This document shows, in pieces, positions 16,390 through 26,366 of a stretch of 64,000 bases of DNA. Both the position numbers and the translations under genes were made by a program. The stretch is from Patescibacteria group bacterium (GTDB lineage Bacteria > Patescibacteriota > Microgenomatia > UBA8517), in assembly GCA_042571305.1 (NCBI GenBank), contig JBHPHS010000001.1, positions 2,781 through 66,780 on the forward strand. Reading direction: 5' to 3'. Each line of letters opens with the position of its first letter. Within the stretch, counting starts at the first letter, position 1. The notes beneath the pieces are model-generated. The model did no database searches and was not told the DNA's origin. It saw nothing but the letters and a program-made list of their open reading frames with translations.

Positions 16390-18927
16390 TCAAGGAGTGG
16401 GTGAAGGTGTAGCATCCCAGGCAATATTAACGCCAATGGTTATATTCCTGTCAGACTCATTTCCACTGGAATCTTTTGCTTTAGCACGAAGGGTATGAAT
16501 TCCATCAGAAAGATCAGCTTGATATTCATATGGGGGAGCATCAAAGGTTCTCATCTTAGTTCCATCAATCTCAAGTTCAATCTGAACAATGGTACTTGTT
16601 GAATCAGCTTTTACTTTAACCGTAAAGGTATTTGGGATGTTTGAGGTTCTATCTGTTGGGTTGACAAACTCAACATTTATTGGAATTTGGGTTCCACAGT
16701 AATCAGTTGGAGGATGATACTTGGAATCACTTTGCGTATTTAGCCAGTTTAGAATTCCTTCCTGCCACCTGTTTTGTCCACCGGATCCTGCGGTTGGATC
16801 CTCCTCCTTAAATACAAAAAACTCTTTTTCTTCATAATTTCCTGCTGCAACATCTGATGGTGTTGCTAGCTTTCCATCGGATTTACAAACCTTAAGCTTT
16901 GTGTGCACTGTATCCTCACCTGGTTCCGTTCCTTTAATAAAATACTCTGTTCTTGAGGAATACCCATCATGTTCCCGATATCCAGATACACTATCCACCG
17001 AGGCTGTTACAACTCCATCCGGAATTTCAAATCCTGCGTTTGATTTTCCTTTTAAAGCTTCCTGGGTAATTTTCCTCCAAATAGGTGTTGCTCCTGAGAT
17101 TCCTGAGGCGACAGATTTCATAGGGGAGTTATCGTTATTACCCACCCAAACACCAACCATGGCGCTGTTGTTTCCTCCCACAGCCCAGTTATCTCTTTTG
17201 TCATTGGTTGTACCTGTTTTAACCATTACACCGGCTAAATTAAGAAGAGAGTTTGTGCCGAATATTTCTTTTCTGGCATCATTATCGGAAAGTATATTTG
17301 CAATTAAAAATGCTTGTTCGGAGGTAAGTACTTTTTTGCCATCGGATGATGCCTTTTTAGGTTTTACCTCCTCTAAAACCTTACCGTTTGAATCCTCAAC
17401 TTTTAGAACTGAGATAGGTTCAACGTGATACCCCTTATTTACAAATGTACAATAGGCATCAGTTAGTTCAAGCAGTTTAACCTCTCCGCCTCCAAGGGTC
17501 ATTGAAAGACCTAACCTGCTCAAATTTTCCTTTGTTGGTTCAAGAGTGGTAAGTCCTAAATCATAAGCAGTTTTTAAAGTATCTTTAATTCCAACCAAGG
17601 CAAGTGTTTTTACTGCAATTAAGTTTATGGAATTAGCCAGTGCATATCTTAACTGTATCGGTCCCCTATATTCTCCATCATAGTTTTCAGGTTTATAATC
17701 GGGTTGACCCGTACCACCAGGAAATGTGGTTGGTACATCCATCAGCATGGTTGAGGCTGTGTAACCTTTTTTAAACGCAGTAGCATAAGTAATTGGTTTT
17801 ATTGCACTTCCGGGTTGTCTGAGTGAGGTTGTAACATTAACCTGTCCGTCATAATCAGGATCATTAAAGTTTTTAGAGCCCACCATTGCCAAAATTTCTC
17901 CAGTTTCTGGATTAATCACCACGGCTGCGCCATTTGTAATGTGCTGTCCTTCAACTTTAGCAATCTCAGCAGCTACAATATCCTGTGCTTCTTCCTGAAG
18001 CGCAAGATCAAGCGTGGTGGTAACCTGAAGACCACCTTGCTCAACAATGTTTTCCCCGTACCTATCCTCGAGCACCTTTTGAACAAACTGAACAAAGTGC
18101 GGAGCTTTAAAATCCGCTCCTCTTGCTTGGAATTTTACATTCTCAAGCTGATTTCCAACCTCTTCCTCTTGATCTTTGGTAATGTAATCATCTTCTCTCA
18201 TTCTTCTTAAAACCTCTTTTGTTCTTGCAATATATGCATCCGGTGTTGAGGAATAGGGAGAATAGGAAGATGGTCTTTGGGGAAGTCCTGCTAAAATTGC
18301 ACTTTGGGTTAAGTTCAAATCCTTCACACTTGTACCAAAATACATTTCACTAGCAGATTCAACCCCCCAAGCAGTCCCACCATATGGGGCTTCATTAAGA
18401 TACATCTGCAAAATCTCATCTTTTGAATATTTCCTTTCAATCTGAACAGCTAAAACGAATTCCTTAATTTTTCGAAAGATACTTCGCTCCGGTGTTAAAA
18501 GTACATTTTTTACAAGCTGCTGGGTTAGAGTTGATCCACCCTGAGCACGCCCTCTGGTAAAAAGCCTCAGTGCACCTCTTGCCATTCCAAAAGGATCAAA
18601 ACCACTATGCTTGTAAAAGTTTTTATCCTCAATAGCAATTGTGGCTTGTCTTAAATAAAGTGGAACTTCATCCAGATTAACAGGAGACCTTCTTTCACTA
18701 GAGTAAATATCATACAAAGCCTCACCGTTCCTGTCTAAAATCTTTGTGGAAAATCCTTCACGCCTGACAATTTTATCGGGTGAGGGAAGATTAAAGGCAA
18801 ATAAAGGAAAAACAAAAAATAGAAGCAAAAAAAGTCCAACTACACCAATAAACACAAGCTTCGCTAGAGCAGCAATTCTTCTTGCTCTTTTAACTGACTT
18901 TCTTCTTCTTATTTTATCCTTCCACAT
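16390..18927 (-). CDS. mrcA: class A penicillin-binding protein (bifunctional glycosyltransferase/transpeptidase) with an extra C-terminal beta-rich domain
   Basis: GT51 motifs (ATIAIEDKNFYKHSGFDP, RGGSTLTQQ) are present. The transpeptidase motifs SAIKP (SxxK), SIN-like and KTGTT are present. The N-terminal TM anchor is visible. Confidence 0.85.
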   Translation of the reverse strand: MWKDKIRRRKSVKRARRIAALAKLVFIGVVGLFLLLFFVFPLFAFNLPSPDKIVRREGFSTKILDRNGEALYDIYSSERRSPVNLDEVPLYLRQATIAIEDKNFYKHSGFDPFGMARGALRLFTRGRAQGGSTLTQQLVKNVLLTPERSIFRKIKEFVLAVQIERKYSKDEILQMYLNEAPYGGTAWGVESASEMYFGTSVKDLNLTQSAILAGLPQRPSSYSPYSSTPDAYIARTKEVLRRMREDDYITKDQEEEVGNQLENVKFQARGADFKAPHFVQFVQKVLEDRYGENIVEQGGLQVTTTLDLALQEEAQDIVAAEIAKVEGQHITNGAAVVINPETGEILAMVGSKNFNDPDYDGQVNVTTSLRQPGSAIKPITYATAFKKGYTASTMLMDVPTTFPGGTGQPDYKPENYDGEYRGPIQLRYALANSINLIAVKTLALVGIKDTLKTAYDLGLTTLEPTKENLSRLGLSMTLGGGEVKLLELTDAYCTFVNKGYHVEPISVLKVEDSNGKVLEEVKPKKASSDGKKVLTSEQAFLIANILSDNDARKEIFGTNSLLNLAGVMVKTGTTNDKRDNWAVGGNNSAMVGVWVGNNDNSPMKSVASGISGATPIWRKITQEALKGKSNAGFEIPDGVVTASVDSVSGYREHDGYSSRTEYFIKGTEPGEDTVHTKLKVCKSDGKLATPSDVAAGNYEEKEFFVFKEEDPTAGSGGQNRWQEGILNWLNTQSDSKYHPPTDYCGTQIPINVEFVNPTDRTSNIPNTFTVKVKADSTSTIVQIELEIDGTKMRTFDAPPYEYQADLSDGIHTLRAKAKDSSGNESDRNITIGVNIAWDATPSPTP

Positions 18928-18979
18928 AGATTACCTATACTACATTGTAACAAATACTCACACATAGTAAAATTAAATT

Positions 18980-20149
18980 ATGAATAAGCTGGATGAAGTG
19001 TTAACAAGAGGGGTTGAAAAGATCCTGCCTGACAAAAAAGGATTAGCTGACCTTATGTTAAAAAAGAAAATTAAGCTATATCAAGGATTTGATCCATCCA
19101 TGCCTTCCTTGCACCTGGGTAATCTTGTTGGACTTGTCAAACTTGCCCAATTTCAGAAACTAGGTCATGAGGTAATATTTTTGGTTGGTGATTTTACAGG
19201 AATGATAGGAGACCCAACCGATAAATTGGCAACCAGAAAACAATTAACAAGAAAGCAAGTAATGGAAAATGCAAAATCTTGGAAACAGCAAGCATCTAAA
19301 CTTCTTGATTTTGAAGGGAAAAATCCCGCTAAGATTCTTTTTAACTCCGAGTGGAGCGACAAAACAAACTTTAAGGATTTAATTGAAATAACCTCAAAGT
19401 TTACGGTTCAACAGATGCTTGAGAGAGACATGTTTCAAGAAAGACTGAAGAAGAATGAACCTATCTATTTACATGAACTTTTATATCCCGTAGCTCAAGC
19501 CCAAGATTGTGTTGAAATGGATGTTGATTTGGAAATAGGTGGCAACGACCAACTGTTTAACATAATGGCTGGTAGAACCTTGATGAAATCTGTTAAAGGT
19601 AAGGAGAAATACGTACTAACAACAAAACTCTTGATCGATAAAGAGGGTAATAAGGTTGGTAAGACCACAGGTAACGCTTTATTTCTTGATTCAACACCCG
19701 AGATATTGTATGCAGGAATAATGTCCTTTCCGGATGAGGTGATATATCTTGGTTTTGAGCTTTTAACCAGTGTCTCTCTTGAAAATATAGAAAAAGAAAT
19801 TAAAAAAGACCCCATGACTTCCAAGAAAAAACTTGCTTTTGAAATAGTAAAAATGTTTTGGGGAGAAAAAAATGCAAAAGATTCTCAAGGTACTTTTGAA
19901 AAAACTTTTCAAAAAGGGCAACTTCCAAAAAATATGAAAGAGATTAAGCTCAAGGAAAATAGTCTTCCTTTACTGGATTTGGTTTTTGCAAGCAAATTGG
20001 TATCAAGCAGATCAGAGGCCAAAAGACTTATAAATCAAAAAGCTGTGGATGTAAACGAAAAAACAATAAATGATACAACCCATGAGGTAAAGCTTCCCGC
20101 GGTTTTAAAGATTGGAAAAACAAAATTTGTTAAAATAGTAAAATCATGA
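18980..20149 (+). CDS. tyrS: tyrosyl-tRNA synthetase
   Basis: YQGFDPSMPSLHLGNLV carries the HIGH motif. The KMSKS-like KVGKTTGNALFL and a C-terminal S4 domain are present. Confidence 0.85.
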   Translation: MNKLDEVLTRGVEKILPDKKGLADLMLKKKIKLYQGFDPSMPSLHLGNLVGLVKLAQFQKLGHEVIFLVGDFTGMIGDPTDKLATRKQLTRKQVMENAKSWKQQASKLLDFEGKNPAKILFNSEWSDKTNFKDLIEITSKFTVQQMLERDMFQERLKKNEPIYLHELLYPVAQAQDCVEMDVDLEIGGNDQLFNIMAGRTLMKSVKGKEKYVLTTKLLIDKEGNKVGKTTGNALFLDSTPEILYAGIMSFPDEVIYLGFELLTSVSLENIEKEIKKDPMTSKKKLAFEIVKMFWGEKNAKDSQGTFEKTFQKGQLPKNMKEIKLKENSLPLLDLVFASKLVSSRSEAKRLINQKAVDVNEKTINDTTHEVKLPAVLKIGKTKFVKIVKS

Positions 20150-20250
20150 TGCTTTCAAAACGAGCTAAGAAAATATTTGTAGTTGTTACCGTGATTGCTT
20201 TTTTAGCACTTTTGGCCGGAGCCATCCTTCCATATCTTATTTATAGATGA
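20146..20250 (+). CDS. 34 aa single-TM micro-protein (MMLSKRAKKIFVVVTVIAFLALLAGAILPYLIYR), translationally coupled between tyrS and recG
   Basis: Its ATG overlaps the tyrS TGA (ATGA). Its TGA overlaps the recG ATG (ATGA). It is below the 60 aa ORF-track cutoff. Confidence 0.35.
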   Translation: MMLSKRAKKIFVVVTVIAFLALLAGAILPYLIYR

Positions 20251-22199
20251 AGCTAGATACCCCAATCTCTGAGTTTCCCTCGGTTGGACCTGTCTACAGC
20301 CAAAGGTTAACAAAGCTCGGAATAAACTGCCTACAGGATCTTCTTCTTCATATTCCTCATAGATACCTTGATTTTAGCCAGCTTTCAAAAGTTATAAATG
20401 CGAAGGTTGATGAAATCATAACAGTAAAAGGAAAAATGGTTTCTTTAAAAAATCAATACTCAAGACGTGGCCTTAAAATGCAAATAGGATCATTTGAAGA
20501 TGAAAGCGGAAAGATGTTGGTCGTTTGGTTTAACCAGCCATTTTTAATAAAAACCTTATATCCGGGACGAAGCGTTTCTCTTTCCGGTAAGGTGGGGTTT
20601 TTTGGTGCACAAAAAGCTTTGATTTCTCCGGAATATGAAATTCTTGGAGAGGCAACTGATACAACCCACACCGGAAGGATTGTACCAATTTATCCGGAAA
20701 CCTCTGGAGTTTCCTCAAAATGGTTGAGGCACAAAATTAAAACTGCACTTAAGGATATAAAAATAAAGGAAACTCTTCCAAAAGAAATATTAAAAGAAGA
20801 AAGTCTCATGTCCGTTAAAAAAGCACTTGAGGTAATTCATTTCCCAAAAGAAAACGACCCAATTAACGAGGCAAGGAAAAGACTTGCTTTTGATGAGCTT
20901 TTAGATCTGCAAGTTAAAAGTATTAAAAGAAAGCAAAACTGGCAAAAAAACAAATCACAATTTAGGCTTGACCCTAAACAAATAAACAAAAAGCCTTTCA
21001 TTGATTCTCTTCCCTTCAAACTTACCAAGTCTCAAAAGACAGCGGTTGATGAAATTGTTTCCGATATGACCAAAGCCTATCCAATGAATAGACTTCTGGA
21101 GGGGGATGTAGGGTCTGGGAAAACAGTTGTTGCCGCAATTGCTGCTTTTGAAACCTTTTTGGTAGGTTTGCAAACCGTGGTTATGGCACCTACCCAAATT
21201 CTTGCCAGGCAACACTTCAACACATTAAATTCACTTTTTAAAAAGTTTAAAGTAAGAATCACTCTTTTAACATCAGCAACCAAAGATATCCCTTTAGGAA
21301 GAGCTGATATCTTTGTAGGAACACATTCATTAATTCACAATAAAATTAATTTTGATAGAGTTGGATTGGTGGTAATTGATGAACAACACCGCTTCGGAGT
21401 AGAACAAAGGGCACATCTTGTAAAAAAATCCTCAAAATCCGGCAAAATTCCGCATGTATTAACCATGACAGCAACTCCCATCCCCAGAACCATTGCCCTA
21501 ACCGCATATGGAGATTTAGACCTTTCAACCTTAAAAGAAATGCCAGAAGGAAGGCAAATTATAACTACTTGGGTTGTACCACAAACAAAAAGGAAATCCG
21601 CATTTGGCTGGATTAAAAAACATATCAAAAACCAAAACTCTCAAGCTTTTGTGATTTGCCCATTAATTGAGGAAAGTGAAAAAGAGGGTATGCAGGAGGT
21701 GAAAGCTGTCACCAAAGAACTGACAGATCTTAAAAAGGTATTTAAGGCATTTAAACTTGAGGGACTTCATGGAAGAATGAAAGCAGAAGAAAAAAACAAG
21801 ATTCTTTCCAAATTCAAAAAAGGGGAAATTGATATTTTGGTTTCAACCCCCGTTGTTGAGGTAGGAATTGATATGCCCAACGCAACAATCATGGTAATTG
21901 AGGAATCGGAGAGATTTGGTCTTGCACAGCTACATCAATTAAGAGGAAGAGTCGGAAGGGGAGAGAAGAAATCATATTGTATGCTTTTTGCAAAAAAACC
22001 AACCAAAAGAATCTCGGCAATGACTAGAAACTTAAATGGTTTTGAACTTGCGGAGCTTGATTTGAAATTAAGAGGACCCGGTGAGGTTTTTGGTAAACTT
22101 CAGCATGGATTTGTTGATTTAAAGATTGCCTCCTGGAGCAATTTTGATTTAATTAAAAAGGCAAAAGAAGTTGCCCTAAAGCTTTTACCTGTTGCTTAA
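20247..22199 (+). CDS. recG: ATP-dependent DNA helicase RecG
   Basis: The wedge/OB N-terminus and the SF2 helicase motifs LEGDVGSGKT, DEQHRFG and TATPIPRT are present. LHQLRGRVGRG is also present. Confidence 0.85.
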   Translation: MKLDTPISEFPSVGPVYSQRLTKLGINCLQDLLLHIPHRYLDFSQLSKVINAKVDEIITVKGKMVSLKNQYSRRGLKMQIGSFEDESGKMLVVWFNQPFLIKTLYPGRSVSLSGKVGFFGAQKALISPEYEILGEATDTTHTGRIVPIYPETSGVSSKWLRHKIKTALKDIKIKETLPKEILKEESLMSVKKALEVIHFPKENDPINEARKRLAFDELLDLQVKSIKRKQNWQKNKSQFRLDPKQINKKPFIDSLPFKLTKSQKTAVDEIVSDMTKAYPMNRLLEGDVGSGKTVVAAIAAFETFLVGLQTVVMAPTQILARQHFNTLNSLFKKFKVRITLLTSATKDIPLGRADIFVGTHSLIHNKINFDRVGLVVIDEQHRFGVEQRAHLVKKSSKSGKIPHVLTMTATPIPRTIALTAYGDLDLSTLKEMPEGRQIITTWVVPQTKRKSAFGWIKKHIKNQNSQAFVICPLIEESEKEGMQEVKAVTKELTDLKKVFKAFKLEGLHGRMKAEEKNKILSKFKKGEIDILVSTPVVEVGIDMPNATIMVIEESERFGLAQLHQLRGRVGRGEKKSYCMLFAKKPTKRISAMTRNLNGFELAELDLKLRGPGEVFGKLQHGFVDLKIASWSNFDLIKKAKEVALKLLPVA

Positions 22200-22232
22200 G
22201 AAGGCTTTGTTGATTTAAAATTACGGCTGTAT

Positions 22233-22391
22233 ATGACACCATTACCGAAAAAGAAACACACGAAAGGAAGGTCCGGAAGAAGAAGGGGTGGACAGGTTAA
22301 AACCGCAATTCCAAACTTAAGTCGTTGTCCTAAGTGCAAAAAACTAAAACAATCCCATCAGGCTTGCCGTTATTGTGGCTTTTATAAATGA
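22233..22391 (+). CDS. rpmF: 50S ribosomal protein L32 (52 aa; absent from the ORF track because it is under 60 aa)
   Basis: The translation is MTPLPKKKHTKGRSGRRRGGQVKTAIPNLSRCPKCKKLKQSHQACRYCGFYK. This has the L32 N-terminal basic block and the C4 zinc ribbon. Its TGA overlaps the nusB ATG. Confidence 0.7.
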   Translation: MTPLPKKKHTKGRSGRRRGGQVKTAIPNLSRCPKCKKLKQSHQACRYCGFYK

Positions 22392-22765
22392 AAACCTCCT
22401 CTGACCCACGACACAAAAGAAGAAGAGATGCTGTAAAGGCATTATTTGCCCAAAGCTTTGCCACCCAACCTGTTAAAGTTGAACTTGCAAGAGAGGTTTT
22501 AAAGAAAAAAAGCACCCTTGATAAAAAAATCCAAAGCGCTGCTGAGACCTGGCCTGTTGAGAAGCTTAACAAGATTGATCATGCAATACTAAGACTTGCC
22601 GTATATGAGCTTGAAGAAGAGAAAACCCCTCCTAAGGTAGTAATTGATGAAGCGGTTGAGCTGGCAAAAGAGTATGGAGGAGAAAATTCATCTTCCTTTG
22701 TAAACGGAGTTTTAGGTACAATTTATAAAAAGCAGAAAGGGGAAATTAGTGGACAAAACGAATAA
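22388..22765 (+). CDS. nusB: transcription antitermination factor NusB
   Basis: RRRDAVKALFA, ILRLAVYEL and IDEAVELAKEYGGENSSSFVNGVLG are present. Confidence 0.8.
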   Translation: MKTSSDPRHKRRRDAVKALFAQSFATQPVKVELAREVLKKKSTLDKKIQSAAETWPVEKLNKIDHAILRLAVYELEEEKTPPKVVIDEAVELAKEYGGENSSSFVNGVLGTIYKKQKGEISGQNE

Positions 22766-22991
22766 AATTAAGGAAAAGATTAAAAAAGATTTAGCTGAGT
22801 TTTTGGGTGTTGACACTGATGATATAGATAGCCAGGACAACATAATGCAGGATCTACATATGTCACCGTCTGATGCAACTGACTTTCTTTCCGTTATGGA
22901 AGAGAAAGGATATGATATAACCGGACTTGATTTAACTGAAATTGAAACATTTGATGAGCTTGCAGATTTTTTAATAACCCATACCGAATGA
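22749..22991 (+). CDS. acyl carrier protein-like (ACP fold, attachment-site Ser apparently replaced)
   Basis: It aligns to AcpP along its length (IKEKIKKDLAEFLGV...DLHMSPSDATDFLSVMEE). SPS sits where the DSL phosphopantetheine site would be. It lies immediately upstream of rnc, as acpA does in Bacillus. Confidence 0.5.
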   Translation: MDKTNKIKEKIKKDLAEFLGVDTDDIDSQDNIMQDLHMSPSDATDFLSVMEEKGYDITGLDLTEIETFDELADFLITHTE

Positions 22992-23671
22992 CTGATTTAA
23001 AAATAATTAAAGATTCTTTCTCAGACAAAAGCCTGTTTGATATGGCAATGACTCACCGCTCTTGGGTAAATGAGCACACAGGGGTAAGGCGTTCTAACGA
23101 AAGACTGGAGTTTCTGGGAGATGCGATCTTGGAATATGTGGTTTCATACATTCTTTATCAGCGGTTTACCCAAAAAGAAGAAGGATACCTAACTGCACTT
23201 CGTGCAAGTTTGGTAAACACGGTATCATTAGCTGCTGTTGCCAAAAAACTTAAATTAGGTAGTCAAATACATCTTTCAAAAGGCGAAGAAGAAGGGGGAG
23301 GACGAGAAAACACATCTCTTCTTGCCGATACGGTTGAGGCATTAATTGGAGCGGTTTACTTGGACTCTGGACTTGACGGAGCAACTACCTTTATCGAAAA
23401 AAACATTCTTAACGACCTTTCAAAAAAGGCCAAAGAACCTTTAAAAGATTCTAAAAGTACTCTTCAGGAGTATGTTCAAGCAAAAGGATTTTCCACACCA
23501 AGGTACCAAGTTGTAGAAGAATCAGGACCCGATCATGACAAAAAGTTTGTGACCGATGTTTGGGTAGGTAATGAGGTTTGGGGAAGGGGAGTGGGAACCA
23601 ATAAAAGCACCTCCGAGCAAGAAGCTGCAAAGAATGCTATTAAAAACTACTGTGAAAAGGATCTAAAATAA
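22988..23671 (+). CDS. rnc: ribonuclease III
   Basis: The signature ERLEFLGDAILEY and a C-terminal dsRBD are present. Confidence 0.9.
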   Translation: MTDLKIIKDSFSDKSLFDMAMTHRSWVNEHTGVRRSNERLEFLGDAILEYVVSYILYQRFTQKEEGYLTALRASLVNTVSLAAVAKKLKLGSQIHLSKGEEEGGGRENTSLLADTVEALIGAVYLDSGLDGATTFIEKNILNDLSKKAKEPLKDSKSTLQEYVQAKGFSTPRYQVVEESGPDHDKKFVTDVWVGNEVWGRGVGTNKSTSEQEAAKNAIKNYCEKDLK

Positions 23672-23686
23672 GGTAAAATACGACCC

Positions 23687-23905
23687 ATGGTAAAAATAAG
23701 ACTGGCAAGAAGAGGAAAGAAAAATGCCCCTTTTTACAGAATTGTTGCCGTTGATTCACGAAAAAAAAGATCAGGAGGGGTCTTGGAAAACTTAGGTTGG
23801 TGGGATCCTCAGCAAAATAAGTTTTTGCTTGATAAAAAGAAGGTTGATGCATGGGTTAAAAAAGGTGCACAAATAACCCAAGGGGTAAGAAAGCTAACAA
23901 AATGA
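23687..23905 (+). CDS. rpsP: 30S ribosomal protein S16
   Basis: MVKIRLARRGKKNAPFYRIVAVDSR matches S16. Confidence 0.85.
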   Translation: MVKIRLARRGKKNAPFYRIVAVDSRKKRSGGVLENLGWWDPQQNKFLLDKKKVDAWVKKGAQITQGVRKLTK

Positions 23906-24132
23906 AAAAACTAATCGAATATATACTAGGTAAAATTCTTGGTAAGGGAGAGTTTAACCTAAAAGAAGCTGTTGAGGGAGAGCACACCTCATACACCATT
24001 ACCACAAAACCTGAAAATATCGGAATTGTAATCGGAAAAGGTGGGTCAACCATCAAAGCTCTAAGAAACATCCTTAAGGTTAAGGCCACTTTAGAGAAAA
24101 AAAGCGTTTCTTTAAACGTTGAGGAAGCTTAA
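23902..24132 (+). CDS. KH-domain RNA-binding protein (KhpA/YlqC-like)
   Basis: The GxxG block IVIGKGGSTIKALR is present. It lies downstream of rpsP, the conserved position for this gene. Confidence 0.7.
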   Translation: MKKLIEYILGKILGKGEFNLKEAVEGEHTSYTITTKPENIGIVIGKGGSTIKALRNILKVKATLEKKSVSLNVEEA

Positions 24133-24136
24133 TTTA

Positions 24137-24820
24137 TTAATTAAAAGGATCACTCCTTGAAGTTGTTTCTGGAGGTAATACATCAGAAAAGGTTGGCAGC
24201 TTCATATCAAGTACTCCCAGAAGAATTTCCTGCTCATCAGTACTTAGAGTTTTAATTGGATCAGTTAAGGCAGGAAGTTTACTGGGAAGCTCCGCCCAAA
24301 AAGAGTTGGTTACCACACTTGCTCTAACAATTCCTAAACTCTCACTCATTTTTATCTTTCCCACCTTTGTTATAGGTGCAAGTTTGCTGATATTTTTAAG
24401 AAACTCCATAACCTGAGGCCTTGCTCCTTCAACATCAAAGGTTAAATCAACCTTGGATATTCCTCCCTTACCTTTAACCTCAGACCCTCCTTTAAGACTG
24501 GAGACACTAACAGAGCTGGCAAAGGCCAGACTTCTAATCTGTGAAATCATAATAAGTATTGGATTTTGAGAAGGAAGTGCAAGTGTTGCAATATCAGCAT
24601 TTTCTGAAGCATCGGCACCCACCGAGGTTAATATATTAAGCTTTTGTGTCAGTACGTTTTTATTTGTCTCTTCTTTTTTAACCTGGGCTCTAATATCTTT
24701 AATCTTTGAAAATCCAAACTTACCTGCAAAGAAAAAAAGAACACTTAATACCAAAAGTGCAGCAATGGGTTTAATCAAGACCCGTACCTTAGGTGGTATG
24801 AAACTAAAACTACTTTTCAT
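24137..24820 (-). CDS. pilO: type IV pilus assembly protein PilO-like
   Basis: It has one N-terminal TM helix, then a coiled-coil and a PilO-like periplasmic domain. It lies downstream of pilN. Confidence 0.5.
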   Translation of the reverse strand: MKSSFSFIPPKVRVLIKPIAALLVLSVLFFFAGKFGFSKIKDIRAQVKKEETNKNVLTQKLNILTSVGADASENADIATLALPSQNPILIMISQIRSLAFASSVSVSSLKGGSEVKGKGGISKVDLTFDVEGARPQVMEFLKNISKLAPITKVGKIKMSESLGIVRASVVTNSFWAELPSKLPALTDPIKTLSTDEQEILLGVLDMKLPTFSDVLPPETTSRSDPFN

Positions 24821-25350
24821 TTTTGTGTAAAACCTAATGAAATAGAATAACCATTTATTGGGCTAAAACCCAAAGACGGCATGATAACATTTTTGTAAAT
24901 CTTTGAATCGGTAACAGATCTAATAAAGTTAGATAATTCAGAAGGATCCTTAAACACTAAAGAAAGATCAATCTTCTTAGGCTCAACTCCAAGCTGCCCT
25001 ACCGAGGTTTGTGTACCAACAGCAGAAAGAACGGATTCTACATTAACAATATCTTTATCCGATGAATCATAACTTGAAAGGGATCTAATTTTACCTACCC
25101 TGTCTTTTAAAAGTACGATCTTTTGTTCAGTGGATTCTTGTGCTCTTACTTCACTTTTTAGCTTACTCACCGTAGTTGAGAGACTTCTTAGCTCATATGA
25201 ACTAACCACAAAAAAAGCAATCATTCCTACTGTGAATATAATAAAGCCTGCAATAGCCGCTATTGCTAAACTTGTCAAAACCCTGGCTATCTTTACAACT
25301 CCGCCTCTGACAGCCAACTCCGGTGGTAATAAATTTAGTTTAATAGCCAT
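24817..25350 (-). CDS. pilN: type IV pilus assembly protein PilN
   Basis: The N-terminal signature KLNLLPPE is followed by a TM helix. Confidence 0.65.
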   Translation of the reverse strand: MAIKLNLLPPELAVRGGVVKIARVLTSLAIAAIAGFIIFTVGMIAFFVVSSYELRSLSTTVSKLKSEVRAQESTEQKIVLLKDRVGKIRSLSSYDSSDKDIVNVESVLSAVGTQTSVGQLGVEPKKIDLSLVFKDPSELSNFIRSVTDSKIYKNVIMPSLGFSPINGYSISLGFTQK

Positions 25351-25351
25351 G

Positions 25352-26365
25352 CTACTCCTCCCTCATTGCCAGGCCAACCGCAACTGCATAAATTGGTGCA
25401 TATGGGGCTACACTTTTTGCAGCCTGGGGGGTAAGTGCAACTTTGGCAAAGGGATTTCCCACAGCAACTTCCATTCCCAAAAGTTCCGTTAAGTAGGGAA
25501 CAAGTGCCGGCATTCCTACCGTTCCTCCGCAGATAATAACTGCATTAGGTGCATCTCCTTTGTCTTCACTCTGGTAAAAATGAATTGCTTTTTTAATCTC
25601 GTCAGCAATCATCTTTACAACCGGGGCAATGACAGTTTTTACCTTACCCTCGGACTTTTTAACCCCAAGTCCATATGCTTTTTTGTATTCTTCAGCTTGT
25701 TGGTAGGTTACCCCCAACCCTTTAGCAACTGATCTTGTTAGAGCATCACCAGCAACAGCAACTGATCGGGAAAAGGAAAGCATACCGTTTCTACAAACAG
25801 CAATATCGGTTGAGAAGGCACCCAAATCCACAAGTAGCACGGTTTTTCCGGGTGGGGAAAGGGACCTACTTAGTGCCATAAGTTCCGTTTCCACAACAGT
25901 GGTATTTAATCCCGCCAGGCCCACAACATTGACATACTTTTCAACAATTGCCTTAGGGGCAGCAACCAAAAGTACCACAACCTCGGGAGGTGTCGCGTTT
26001 TCCCTTCTTTCCAAAACAACATGCTGAATAACAGCTTCCGCAGCAGGTATGGGAATATACTGATCTGCTTCCCACTTAACTGCAGATACTATTTCTGAAT
26101 CAGTTAACAGGGGAAACTTGATAGTTCTTGTGAAAACATGATTTTCGGGAATTGAAAGAGAAACATCTTTTGAGGTTATCCCTGACTCTTTGTGAAGTTT
26201 TTTTATAGCTTGGGCAAGTGTTGCTGCGGATTTATCGTCTCCAAGTTTATCAGGAGTTACTCCCGAATAGCCTACAACACCAGAGGATTTAAGAGTAATT
26301 TTATCCGCTTTAACCTCAAGCTCAACTATTTTTATGGTTTTGCTACCTATATCCAAACCTACCAT
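25352..26365 (-). CDS. pilM: type IV pilus assembly protein PilM (actin-like ATPase fold)
   Basis: MVGLDIGSKTIKIVEL and an FtsA/PilM-like glycine-rich fold are present. Confidence 0.75.
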   Translation of the reverse strand: MVGLDIGSKTIKIVELEVKADKITLKSSGVVGYSGVTPDKLGDDKSAATLAQAIKKLHKESGITSKDVSLSIPENHVFTRTIKFPLLTDSEIVSAVKWEADQYIPIPAAEAVIQHVVLERRENATPPEVVVLLVAAPKAIVEKYVNVVGLAGLNTTVVETELMALSRSLSPPGKTVLLVDLGAFSTDIAVCRNGMLSFSRSVAVAGDALTRSVAKGLGVTYQQAEEYKKAYGLGVKKSEGKVKTVIAPVVKMIADEIKKAIHFYQSEDKGDAPNAVIICGGTVGMPALVPYLTELLGMEVAVGNPFAKVALTPQAAKSVAPYAPIYAVAVGLAMREE

Positions 26366-26366
26366 G

